Shown here one piece after another: positions 7,801-16,963 of a stretch of 64,000 bases of DNA. The DNA is from Myxococcota bacterium (GTDB lineage Bacteria > Myxococcota_A > UBA9042 > PHBI01 > JAWLBL01), in contig JAWLBL010000007.1 in the NCBI GenBank assembly GCA_041687695.1, forward strand, positions 1-64,000. Direction: 5' to 3'. A program made the translations under genes and the position numbers. The notes beneath the pieces were generated by a model. It was not told the DNA's origin. It did no database searches and worked only from the letters and a program-made list of their open reading frames with translations. The first letter of the stretch is position 1. Each line of letters opens with the position of its first letter.

Positions 7801-10110
7801 ATGCGCGCGAAGACGATGGCCCCGCGACGACCCCGCGGGCGACTCGCCACCACCTGCCTGGGGCTCTCGCTCCTCCTCACGGTCGCCCCCACGGCGCTGG
7901 CCAAGCCCGGCGGCAAGCCGGCTACGCCCGCCACGGCCAAACCGGCTACGCCAGCCGCGTCCAAGCCTGGGAAGCCCGCCGCGGCCAAGCCTGCCGCTTC
8001 GGCCAAGGCGCCCCGGACCTGGGACCGTGACGTCCTCAGGCTGGGGGCCTCGGCCCTGGTCTCCCAGGACGCGGCCCCCATGGTCGTGGCCGTCCTGGAC
8101 ACTGGGCTCGCCCTCGACGCCTCGGGCACGGCCTGCGTCGCCCCCGGCCTCGAGGCCCTCGACGTCCTGCCAGGCTGGGACTTCGTCGACGGCGACGCCT
8201 TCCCCGACGACGACAACGGCCACGGCACCCTGATGGCCTCGCTCGTCGCGGCCGGCGAGCTCGCGCCCGGCCTGACGGTCGGCGCGGCCCCCGGCGTGAC
8301 CATCCTGCCGATCAAGGTGCTGGGTCACGATCGCCGCGGCACCGAGGCCGCCCTGACCCAGGGCATCGCCTTCGCGACCGCGGCCGGCGCCGACGTCATC
8401 AGCATGAGCCTGGCCTTCGGGGAGGGCTTCGTCCCCACGCGCGCGTTGGCCCAGGCGATCGCCGAGGCCGAGGCCGCCGGCGTGGTCCTGGTCGCCGCCG
8501 CGGGCAACCACGGCGCGGGCGAGCTGGCGTACCCCGCCGCCTTCGGCCCGGTCATCGCCGCCGGCGCCGCCGAGCTGACGCGCCCGCACCCGGTGTCCAA
8601 CGAGATGGCGGCGCCCCACAAGGTCGAGCGCGCGCCGTACTCCGCCTTCGGGGCCGGCCTCGACGTCCTGGCGCCGGGCGGCGACCTGGGCCGGGACCTG
8701 AACTTCGACGGCTTCCCGGACGGCGTGCTGGCCCTGGGCGTCGACGGCCCCGAGCTCATCAGCGGCACGTCGGCGTCGGCCGCTCTGACCGCCGGGCTGG
8801 CCGCGCGCCTCCTCGCGGCCGGCGCCGATCCCGAGGAGGTCCGCGGGCTGCTGCAGGTGGCCGCGGTCCCCACCGAGGGCCATGGGTTCCACACCGTGAC
8901 CGGCGCGGGGGTCGCCACGCTGCTCGAGGGGCTCGTGCGAGTCGCGACCGGCGCCGTGCCGACGCCGCCCCAGCGCTTCGTCAACCCGGTCGGCTCGCTG
9001 GTCGAGGGCCCCGATGGCCGCCGCGCCGTCGTCGTGGTCGAGGTCGTCGACGAGGCGATGGCGCCGGTCGCCGGCGTCGAGGTCCTCGGCCACGTCCGCG
9101 GCGCCGTCCGACACGATCTCCGCGCCGTCACGGACGCCCAGGGCCGCGCGCTCTTCGTCACGCGCCCAGCCCCGGGCGGCGCCCTGTTCGAGGTCGGCGT
9201 CGACTTCGTCGTCGAGCAGGTCGCCACGCCCGCCGGTCCCCCAGCCCGCGTCGCCCACCCGCCGCGCGCCTTCGCCCGCTTCGATCTCCCCTCCCTCGAG
9301 CTGCTGGCCAGCCTCGGCGCCGGCTCGGGCGGGACCGGCCTCGAGCCGTCTCCGTTCGTGCTGTACCTGCCCTGGCTCATGCTGCGCCCCTACGCCCTGG
9401 CCATCGCGGCCACCAGCCCGACCCAGCCCTCGTCGTGGACGGCCACGGCCCCGGTCGAGGGCGCGCCCGCCGATCTCGCCGACCTGGCGCCGATCGAGAG
9501 CCTGATGGCGAGGACCTTCGCCGGCCCCCTCACCTCGGCTCCGACCCTGGTCATCCTCGACCGCGCCCTGCTCGCCGACTGCGGCGTCGCGGCCGAGGTC
9601 GCGCCGATGGCGGCGGGCGGCACGGGCCTCGAGCCGAGCCCGTTCCGGCTGTCGCTGCTCGCCTACGAGCCCACCTACGTGCTCCAGCCCGTCGTCGTCC
9701 GCTCGTACAGCACGGGCACGCAGCTCGTGCACCCCGACGGGACCACCGCGGACCTGTCCCTGATGGCCGACGGCACCGCCGCCATCGTCCGCCTGGGCGC
9801 CTCCGAGGGGTGCCCGGGGACCCCGGCGCTGTTGACCCGCGCCGAGCTGCTCCCGCCGACGCTCGCGCTACAGGGCGCAGCGCACGCGCAGGCCGCGCTG
9901 ACCTTCGAGGTCCTCGCCCTCGAGGGGGCGCCGGGCTTCGACGCCGTGGCCTCGGCGCTGACGGGCGCCGCGGCCGTCGACTCCGCGGCGTCCCTGGGGC
10001 ACGCGTCGCTGGCCGCCTGGGCCCAGACGCCGCTGTCGACGGGCGCCGCGGCCTTGATGCTGGGCGCGACCTGGGCCCAGCTGCCGCTCCCCGCGCCGGG
10101 GGCGCCATGA
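7801..10110 (+). CDS. Secreted S8 (subtilisin-like) serine peptidase with a long uncharacterised C-terminal region
   Basis: GGAGG RBS; signal peptide ending ALA; catalytic motifs VAVLDTG, NGHGT and SGTSAS; oxyanion motif AAAGN. Confidence 0.88.
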   Translation: MRAKTMAPRRPRGRLATTCLGLSLLLTVAPTALAKPGGKPATPATAKPATPAASKPGKPAAAKPAASAKAPRTWDRDVLRLGASALVSQDAAPMVVAVLDTGLALDASGTACVAPGLEALDVLPGWDFVDGDAFPDDDNGHGTLMASLVAAGELAPGLTVGAAPGVTILPIKVLGHDRRGTEAALTQGIAFATAAGADVISMSLAFGEGFVPTRALAQAIAEAEAAGVVLVAAAGNHGAGELAYPAAFGPVIAAGAAELTRPHPVSNEMAAPHKVERAPYSAFGAGLDVLAPGGDLGRDLNFDGFPDGVLALGVDGPELISGTSASAALTAGLAARLLAAGADPEEVRGLLQVAAVPTEGHGFHTVTGAGVATLLEGLVRVATGAVPTPPQRFVNPVGSLVEGPDGRRAVVVVEVVDEAMAPVAGVEVLGHVRGAVRHDLRAVTDAQGRALFVTRPAPGGALFEVGVDFVVEQVATPAGPPARVAHPPRAFARFDLPSLELLASLGAGSGGTGLEPSPFVLYLPWLMLRPYALAIAATSPTQPSSWTATAPVEGAPADLADLAPIESLMARTFAGPLTSAPTLVILDRALLADCGVAAEVAPMAAGGTGLEPSPFRLSLLAYEPTYVLQPVVVRSYSTGTQLVHPDGTTADLSLMADGTAAIVRLGASEGCPGTPALLTRAELLPPTLALQGAAHAQAALTFEVLALEGAPGFDAVASALTGAAAVDSAASLGHASLAAWAQTPLSTGAAALMLGATWAQLPLPAPGAP

Positions 10111-13100
10111 CGCGTCCCGACCTTGGCCCGCGCTACGAGATCCGTGGCCGCCTTGGGCGCGGCGGCATGTCCGAGGTCTACTGCGCCTTCGACCACGTCC
10201 GCGGCGAGACCGTCGCCGCGAAGGTGCTCAGCCCGCGCGTCGCCGCCGGCGTGCTGGGTGACGAGTTCCGCTACGCGGCCTCGCTCCGGCACCCGGGCGT
10301 GGTCCGGGTCCACGACTTCGGCCTGTCGAGCGACGGGCGCCCCTGGCTGACCATGGAGCTGGTCTGCGGCGTCGAGCTCGGCGAGTTCGCCCTCAAGGCG
10401 TCGACCCTGAGCGCCGTCCGCGCCGTGACCGAGGTGCTCGAGACCCTGGCCTTCGTGCACGCCCGCGGCCTGGTCCATCGCGATCTCAAGCCCAGCAACA
10501 TCCTGATGGCGCCCCGCGCCGACGGCCGTGACGAGGCGCCGCAGCCCAAGCTGGTCGACTTCGGCATCGCCGGTCGCATCGAGGCCGGCGACCGCGTCTG
10601 CGCCGGCACGTCGTTCTATCTCGCCCCCGAGACCATCGCCTCGGGGCGGTCGGACGAGCGCTCCGATCTGTATGCGATGGGCGTCGTCCTCTTCGAATGC
10701 CTGACGGGCGAGCCGCCCTTCACCGCCCCGGACACGGCCTCCATCCTGCGGGCGCACCTGCGCGAGGCCGCCCCCGATCCCCGCGATCGCGTGCCGGACC
10801 TGCCCGGCCCGGTCGCCGAGGTGATCCTGCGCCTGCTCGACAAGGAGCCGGCGAACCGCTTCGGCAGCGCCCGCGAGGCGGCCCACGCGCTCGCCGCCTG
10901 GACCGCCCGCCGCGGTCGCCGCCGCCGCTCCTCCTCGACGCCCCGCCCGTCCAGCGGCGGTCGGCCTCGCCACCGCAGCGCGCGCCCGTCACTCGCCGCC
11001 CAGCGCTCCCACGCCGGCGCCGGTCCGGGGCTGGCCACCGCCGGCCCCGTCGAGGTGGCGCGCTTCGTCGGCGGCGACGCCGCGCTCGACGAGCTGACCG
11101 AGTGCGTCGGCGCGGGGCGAGCCCGCCTGGTGCTCGGGCCGCCCGAGAGCGGCAAGTCCCGCCTGCTCGAGGAGCTGCGGGTGCACCTGCAGCTGCGCGG
11201 CATGGACGCGCTGCGCGTCGCCTGCGACGGACGCGACGCGGCCTCGCTGCTCGAGTGGCTGGGCCGCGCGAATCGGCCCGCGGTGGCGCCCGGGACGGCC
11301 GACGACCCGCCCGACGTCGTTGCCGGGGACACGCCGCTGCTCGATCGGCGGATCGCCGAGGCCGAGCGGGTCGCGGCCCGGCTCCGCGCCGCGGCGAAGG
11401 TGCGCCCGGTGGCGCTGCTGCTCGACGACGTGGACCGCGTCACCGCTGGGGCCGAGGGCGTGGTGCGCGCGCTGGTGCGCGCGGCGATGGGCGGTCCGGT
11501 GGTGGTCGTCGCGACGGCCCGCCGGACGAGCCCCTGGGTGTCGGAGCTGTTCGAGCGCCCGTTGCCGCTGCGGCCGCTCGACCTCGAGTCCGCCGGTGCG
11601 CTCGTGCGCTCGTTGCTGGGCGAGGTGGACGAGGGCGCGCGCATCGCCGAGCGGGCGCACGGCCTTGGCGGCGCTCGGCCCGGCGCGATCGAGCGGCTCG
11701 TCCGCGCCTGGGCGGCGGCGGGGCGCATCGTGAGTCGCGGCGGTCGCTGGACGTTGGCGGACCCGGTGGGCGCTCCCCTCGAGCCGCCGAGCGAGGCGGC
11801 GTTGGACGACATCGCGCGCGCGACGGTGGCGCAGCTGACCGGCGCGGCCCGCAGCTGGTTGCAGGCGCTCGCGGTGCTCGGACACGGGGCCGACGCGCGG
11901 CTGGTCGCGCAGATCGTCGGCGCGCCGCGCGCCGAGCGGAGGCGGCAGGCGCCGCTGCAGGATCTGGTCGCCCTGGGGCTCCTGGCCAGGTTCGACGAGC
12001 CCGAGGGCGCGACGGGAGCGCGGTTGTCCCTGACCCGCCCCGCGCTCGCGGCGGAGCTCGCCGCCGAGGTCCCCGACACGCGCGCGCGGCGCTGGTGCCG
12101 CCGGGCCTTGGCGGTGCTGGGGGCACGGGCCGCCGCGGGCCTGCCCAGCGAGCCGGGACTCAAGGCGCGGCTGCTCGAGGCGTCCGGACAGACGCACGAG
12201 GGCGCGCGCCTGCGCCTGACGACCGCCCGCGCGCGGCTCGCCTCGGGGGATCTGGCGGGCGCGCGTCAGCTTGCGGCGCCGCTGGCGTCGTCGCTCGCGG
12301 CGGGCGACCACGGCGCGCTCGCCTGGGACGGGGCGCTGCTGCTCGGGGAGCTCGCGCGTCGCCTGGGGGACCTGGGCGAGGCGCGCGAGTGGCTGGGGCG
12401 CGTGGCCTGCGACGCGCGGGCGCCGCGGTCGGCGTCGCTGACGGCCGCGCGGCTGCTCGGCGAGCTCACCTGGGAGGCGGGCCGAGCGGCGGAGGGCGAG
12501 GCCCTGCTGGTCGCGGCGCTGGCGCGCGCCAGGGCGGGCGCGGACGGCGACCCCCGCCTCGAGATCGACATCGCCTGCGCCCTCGCGCAGGCGCGCATGC
12601 TCACCGGACGCTACCCCGAGGCCGAGGTCATCATGCAGGACATCATCGACCGCGCAGACGCCAACGACGCCGCCGATCTCGGGCCCGAGCTGGAGCCCCT
12701 GGCGCGCGCCTACAAGCTGCGCGCGACCCTCGGCGCCTACCGCGGGCAGGTCGAGCAGGCCGAGGCGGACGCGCGGCAGGCCGCGGCGCTCTACGCCATC
12801 GCCGGGAGCCAACACGGCGCGGCCACGGCGCTCGGAGCGCTGGGCAACGCGCTGTATCGCCGCGGCGACCTCGACGCGGCGCGCGGGGTGTTCGAGGACG
12901 CGCTCGGCCACGCGCGCCGGGCGGGCTGGCTGACTGGCATCGGCAAGTGCGAGAACGGGCTGGCGCTGGTGGCCTATGGCGCCGAGGCCTGGGACGAGGC
13001 CTGCGCGCACTGGGCGGCGGCGCTCGAGATCGCCGAGCGCATGGGCGACCGGGTCGAGCGGGTCATCCTGCTCAACAACCTGGGCTACGTGGCCGCGGCG

Positions 13101-13811
13101 CGGGGGGAGGACGACGAGGCGCGGCGCCTGTTCCGCAGCGCGCTGGCGCTGGCGGCGGACGGCGGCTTCCCCAAGGGCGAGGCGCGCGTGCGCGGCAATC
13201 TGGGCGAGCTGCACGCGCGGCAGGGCGAGCTGGGGCAGGCCGCGACCGAGCTGGCGCGGTGCCTGGCCCTGGCGCGGCCGCTGGGCGCCGTCGAGGAGAT
13301 CTGCGAGTGCGAGCGGCGCCTGCTGGAGCTGGGGCTGCTCATCGGGCGGGCGCCGGCCCATGTGGCGAGCGCCGCCGAGGCGCTGGCGGGCCAGGCCGAT
13401 CAGCAGGGCGTGCCGCGAGAGGCGCTCCACGCGACGCGGGTCGCTGGGGAGGCGCTGGCGCGCGCGGGGCGGCAGGGGCCGGCCAGGCAGGCGCTGGGGG
13501 CCGCCTGGGAGGGGTTCATGGCCCTGGGCGCGCGCTACGAGGCCGCGCGGGTCGTCGTGGGCGCGTTCGCGGCGGGCCTGGACGACGTCACGGGGCTGCT
13601 GGCGCCCGAGCGGCTCATGGCCACGCGCCGACACCTGCGCGCGCTGCGGGCGCAGCCCGAGCTGGAGCGGCTGCGGGAGGCCGAGCGCAAGTGGGTCGAG
13701 GCGCGCATGGCGCGGCACCTGGCGAGCTTGCAGGCCTCCCACGAGGCGGCCCGACGCGCGCCCTCGTGGCGGCACGGCCGCGCGAGCGTGGCGACCGAGA
13801 CGCTGCCGTGA
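10107..13811 (+). CDS. Ser/Thr protein kinase - P-loop ATPase (AAA_16/STAND-like) - TPR protein
   Basis: ATGA overlap with the S8 gene; GRGGMSEVY, VAAK, HRDLKPSN, DFG and YLAPE; Walker A GPPESGKS; Walker B LLLDD; C-terminal TPR-like repeats (LGALGNALY, LLNNLGYV, GNLGEL). Confidence 0.9.
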   Translation: MTRPDLGPRYEIRGRLGRGGMSEVYCAFDHVRGETVAAKVLSPRVAAGVLGDEFRYAASLRHPGVVRVHDFGLSSDGRPWLTMELVCGVELGEFALKASTLSAVRAVTEVLETLAFVHARGLVHRDLKPSNILMAPRADGRDEAPQPKLVDFGIAGRIEAGDRVCAGTSFYLAPETIASGRSDERSDLYAMGVVLFECLTGEPPFTAPDTASILRAHLREAAPDPRDRVPDLPGPVAEVILRLLDKEPANRFGSAREAAHALAAWTARRGRRRRSSSTPRPSSGGRPRHRSARPSLAAQRSHAGAGPGLATAGPVEVARFVGGDAALDELTECVGAGRARLVLGPPESGKSRLLEELRVHLQLRGMDALRVACDGRDAASLLEWLGRANRPAVAPGTADDPPDVVAGDTPLLDRRIAEAERVAARLRAAAKVRPVALLLDDVDRVTAGAEGVVRALVRAAMGGPVVVVATARRTSPWVSELFERPLPLRPLDLESAGALVRSLLGEVDEGARIAERAHGLGGARPGAIERLVRAWAAAGRIVSRGGRWTLADPVGAPLEPPSEAALDDIARATVAQLTGAARSWLQALAVLGHGADARLVAQIVGAPRAERRRQAPLQDLVALGLLARFDEPEGATGARLSLTRPALAAELAAEVPDTRARRWCRRALAVLGARAAAGLPSEPGLKARLLEASGQTHEGARLRLTTARARLASGDLAGARQLAAPLASSLAAGDHGALAWDGALLLGELARRLGDLGEAREWLGRVACDARAPRSASLTAARLLGELTWEAGRAAEGEALLVAALARARAGADGDPRLEIDIACALAQARMLTGRYPEAEVIMQDIIDRADANDAADLGPELEPLARAYKLRATLGAYRGQVEQAEADARQAAALYAIAGSQHGAATALGALGNALYRRGDLDAARGVFEDALGHARRAGWLTGIGKCENGLALVAYGAEAWDEACAHWAAALEIAERMGDRVERVILLNNLGYVAAARGEDDEARRLFRSALALAADGGFPKGEARVRGNLGELHARQGELGQAATELARCLALARPLGAVEEICECERRLLELGLLIGRAPAHVASAAEALAGQADQQGVPREALHATRVAGEALARAGRQGPARQALGAAWEGFMALGARYEAARVVVGAFAAGLDDVTGLLAPERLMATRRHLRALRAQPELERLREAERKWVEARMARHLASLQASHEAARRAPSWRHGRASVATETLP

Positions 13812-13827
13812 CCCGCCGCGAGGCGCC

Positions 13828-14175
13828 TCAGGCCGGCGCGTAGCGGAGGACGCCCAGCCGATACAGCTCGATGTAGCGCGTCAGCACGGCGCGCGCCTCG
13901 GCCGACAGATCGACGAAGCGCAGCCCCACTCGCGGCGGCCGCTCGACGCTGACCCAGACGACCTCGCCCCAGAGCGACAGCGCCGGCCCGTCCAGCTCGG
14001 GCAGCCGCAGCGCCAGCTGCAGCCGCGTGCCGCGCGGCGGCGGTCGCGTCAGCCTGAGACACAGCCCCCCGAGGCTGAGGTCGACGACCTCTCGATCGAT
14101 CACCGCCTCGCCCGGCGCGTCGCATGCGAACCGGGCCCGGCACAGGATGCGGGGGTCTTGGCGCTGCTCGTTCAT
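13828..14175 (-). CDS. Single-domain PilZ protein (putative c-di-GMP receptor)
   Basis: RQDPR (RxxxR), DLSLGG (DxSxxG), GEVVW and GLRF motifs. Confidence 0.85.
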   Translation of the reverse strand: MNEQRQDPRILCRARFACDAPGEAVIDREVVDLSLGGLCLRLTRPPPRGTRLQLALRLPELDGPALSLWGEVVWVSVERPPRVGLRFVDLSAEARAVLTRYIELYRLGVLRYAPA

Positions 14176-14329
14176 CGGTGCTCTCACGGGGAGGCCCCCA
14201 GGATAGTCCCGGCGGCGGCTGCCGCGCAAACGCCCTCCAGGCCGTGGCCCACCTTCGAAGTGACCACGACGGCGCGGGTGCTTACTGCACCAGCACGTCC
14301 AACCCGGCTGCCTCGCCCCAGAGCCGACC

Positions 14330-15103
14330 GTGACCCACACGTTGCCCCCGCGCTGGGCCGCCCGCCTGTCCAGCCTCGCCGCCCTCGCTCGCGGACGCGA
14401 CCTGCGTTGGCTCTTCGGGCTCCTGCTGATCGTGGCGTCCGTGTGGGTGTTCGTCGAGCTCGCCGACGAGGTCGGCGAGGGCGAGCTCCAGACCCTGGAC
14501 GAGCGCATCATCCTGGCGATGCGCGTGCCGGGCGACCCCGCCGATCCCATCGGCCCCGAGTGGTTCGAGGAGGCCGTCCGCGACGTCACCGCCCTTGGCG
14601 GGACCGCGGTCGTGGCGCTCGTGACGCTCGCCGTCGCTGGGTTCCTGGTGATCCGGCGGCGCTGGAGCGCGCTCTGGCTGGTCCTCGCCGCCACCTTCGG
14701 GGCGGCCCTCCTCAGCCTCACCCTCAAGGAGGTCTTCGACCGACCCCGGCCGGACCTCGTGGCCCACGGGGCCGAGGTGATGACCGCCAGCTTCCCGAGC
14801 GGCCACTCGATGGTCTCGGCGGCGGTCTACCTCACCCTGGGCGCGCTCCTGGCCCGCCTGACGGGGCCGGCCCCGGTCAAGCTCTACCTGCTGGGGGTCG
14901 CCTGCGGGTTCACCGGCCTCATCGGGCTCTCGCGCGTGTACCTGGGCGTGCACTACCCCAGCGACGTGCTCGCCGGTTGGGCCGGCGGCCTGGCGTGGGC
15001 CGGCCTGTGCGGAACCGTAGCCTGGTGGCTGCAGCGTCGCGGCAAGCTACGCGGCGAGGGGGCGTCGACCCCCGATGAGGACGCGGACGGGCACGCCGAG
15101 TGA
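14330..15103 (+). CDS. PAP2-family membrane phosphatase
   Basis: K-x4-RPRP, SFPSGH and SRVYLGVHYPSDV motifs; several TM helices. Confidence 0.93.
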   Translation: MTHTLPPRWAARLSSLAALARGRDLRWLFGLLLIVASVWVFVELADEVGEGELQTLDERIILAMRVPGDPADPIGPEWFEEAVRDVTALGGTAVVALVTLAVAGFLVIRRRWSALWLVLAATFGAALLSLTLKEVFDRPRPDLVAHGAEVMTASFPSGHSMVSAAVYLTLGALLARLTGPAPVKLYLLGVACGFTGLIGLSRVYLGVHYPSDVLAGWAGGLAWAGLCGTVAWWLQRRGKLRGEGASTPDEDADGHAE

Positions 15104-15120
15104 GCCGGGCCAGGGTCGCC

Positions 15121-16011
15121 TCAGGATCCGGGCGCGGCCTCTGCGACCGAGGCGCGTCGCCAGCGGCCCGCGGTCAACCAGGCCTCGAGGTCGCCCAGCA
15201 GGCGCTCGTAGCTCGGCGCGACGAAGAGCTCGGGCTGATACCCGGTCGGGTCGTAGGCGGTATCCGCCATGCGGTCGAGGTCCCAGTCCCGCAGCTCGCT
15301 GGACCGCTCGAAGCGCCCCAGCTCGCCGAACGAGCTGAGCAGCCCGGCCCCGAAGGCGCGCAGGGCGCTCCCGTCGGCCACGACCCCGAACTCGAGCGTG
15401 TACCAGTACACGCGCTCCAGGCGGGCCACCTCGGCGTCGGTGCCCTCCGCGGCCGCGCGTCCGAAGGCGCGGTTGAGCGCGGCGATGCGCGGGTCGGCCA
15501 ACGTGAAGGCGTGGCCCACCAGCTCGTGGACCACGTCGGGCTCGGGCGTATACAGCGGCTGCGAGGCGTGGCGGATGTACTGCGTGGAGAGGAACACGCC
15601 CTGGCCGAGGTGGGTCAGGAAGGCGCGGGCGCTGACGAGGCCGGCGACCGGCTCCATGGCGAAGCCGGTCAGCGCGGAGAGCTGCGCGTTGATCTCGCGC
15701 AGCTGCGGGATGCGCTCGGCGGGCAGGTGCAGATGGTCGCGCAGGCCGAGCAGGGGCCGCGCGACGCGGGCGTCGTGGAGCGGGGCCAGCTCGCGCTGGA
15801 TGAGCCCCCACACGGCGTGCTCCTCGTCGGAGTAGGGCGCGTCCGGCACCGGCGCGCCGGTCTCGTGGGCGAGGGCGAGGCGCGCGATGACGTCGCGGCG
15901 GGCCCGGTAGACGGGGTCGCGGAAGCCCGGATGATCGGGATCGAGCCGTACCAGGGCGGCGAGGCCGCCCGCGTGCGGGGTGCGAGGGGAGGGCGGCGTT
16001 GGACGCGTCAC
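15121..16011 (-). CDS. phhA: Biopterin-dependent aromatic amino acid hydroxylase (phenylalanine 4-monooxygenase-like)
   Basis: GAGGAG RBS and GTG start; DHPGFRDPVYRARR, TQYIRH, YTPEPDVVHELVGH (Fe ligands), WYTLEFG and GAGLLSSFGE. Confidence 0.9.
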   Translation of the reverse strand: MTRPTPPSPRTPHAGGLAALVRLDPDHPGFRDPVYRARRDVIARLALAHETGAPVPDAPYSDEEHAVWGLIQRELAPLHDARVARPLLGLRDHLHLPAERIPQLREINAQLSALTGFAMEPVAGLVSARAFLTHLGQGVFLSTQYIRHASQPLYTPEPDVVHELVGHAFTLADPRIAALNRAFGRAAAEGTDAEVARLERVYWYTLEFGVVADGSALRAFGAGLLSSFGELGRFERSSELRDWDLDRMADTAYDPTGYQPELFVAPSYERLLGDLEAWLTAGRWRRASVAEAAPGS

Positions 16012-16162
16012 GAGGCTCCTCGGGTGGGGATCCGACCGCAACCTGAAGTCCGCTGGCTTCGTCGGACAAGGTTGGCTGTACCGCGTCGCGCCAGCGCCGG
16101 CTATCTTGGGAGCCCACGGGCGGACCGGCCCGGGCCGCCACCGGGACAGGAGCCGAGAGCCA

Positions 16163-16957
16163 ATGCCGATCGTCGAGCGCCCCGGGGCGCGCATCCACTA
16201 CGTCGACAAGGGACAGGGCCCGGCCGTGCTGCTGGGTCACAGCTTCCTGTGCTCGAGCGAGATGTGGCGGGCGCAGTCGAGCGCCCTGGCCGATCGCTAC
16301 CGCCTCATCGCGCTGGACTATCGCGGCCACGGCGCGTCGGTGCCGCCCGTGAGGCCCTACACGCTGTGGGATCTGGTCGACGACAGCGTCGCGGTCCTCG
16401 ATCACGCCGGCGTCGACCAGGCGGTCTGGGTGGGGCTGTCGATGGGCGGCATGGTGGCGCTTCGGGCGGCGCTGGCCGTCCCCGAGCGGGTGCGGGGCCT
16501 CATCCTCGTCGACACCGACGCGGGCCGCGAGACCCCCCGGGTGAGGCTGAAGCACCAGGCCCTGGCCACCCTGGCCGGCGTGGTCGGCACCCGTCGGCTC
16601 GTCCCGGCCATCAACCGCCTGATGTTCGGCGAGACGAGCCTCCGCGACCGTCCGGCCCTGGTCGCCGAGTGGGGCGAGCGCTTCGCCGCGCCGACGCTCC
16701 CGTCGATCCGGCTCGGCCTCGGCGCCATCGACGGCCGCGAGCCGCTGCGCGACCGCCTCTCCGGCCTGCGCGTCCCCGCCCTGGTCATCGCCGGCCGCGA
16801 GGACCGCGCGCTGCCTGTCGAGCGCTCTCAGGCGCTGGCGGCCCAGCTGCCCACGGCGCGGCTCCACATCCTCGAGGGCTGCGGCCATCTGGCGGCCCTC
16901 GAGTGTCCCGACGAGGTCACGCGCCTGATGGCCGCCTTCCTGGCCGAGCTGCCCTGA
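16163..16957 (+). CDS. Alpha/beta fold hydrolase (PcaD-like)
   Basis: DYRGHG, GLSMGG nucleophile elbow, GRED and GH motifs. Confidence 0.9.
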   Translation: MPIVERPGARIHYVDKGQGPAVLLGHSFLCSSEMWRAQSSALADRYRLIALDYRGHGASVPPVRPYTLWDLVDDSVAVLDHAGVDQAVWVGLSMGGMVALRAALAVPERVRGLILVDTDAGRETPRVRLKHQALATLAGVVGTRRLVPAINRLMFGETSLRDRPALVAEWGERFAAPTLPSIRLGLGAIDGREPLRDRLSGLRVPALVIAGREDRALPVERSQALAAQLPTARLHILEGCGHLAALECPDEVTRLMAAFLAELP

Positions 16958-16963
16958 GAACGC

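Noticed and set aside
9435..10106. N-terminal extension of the kinase ORF, and similar long extensions on corA, DUF1592, the B12-XRE gene, the phosphatase and the lipase
   Set aside because: Arg/Pro-rich off-frame sequence overlapping real neighbours; better starts with an RBS or stop/start overlap lie downstream.
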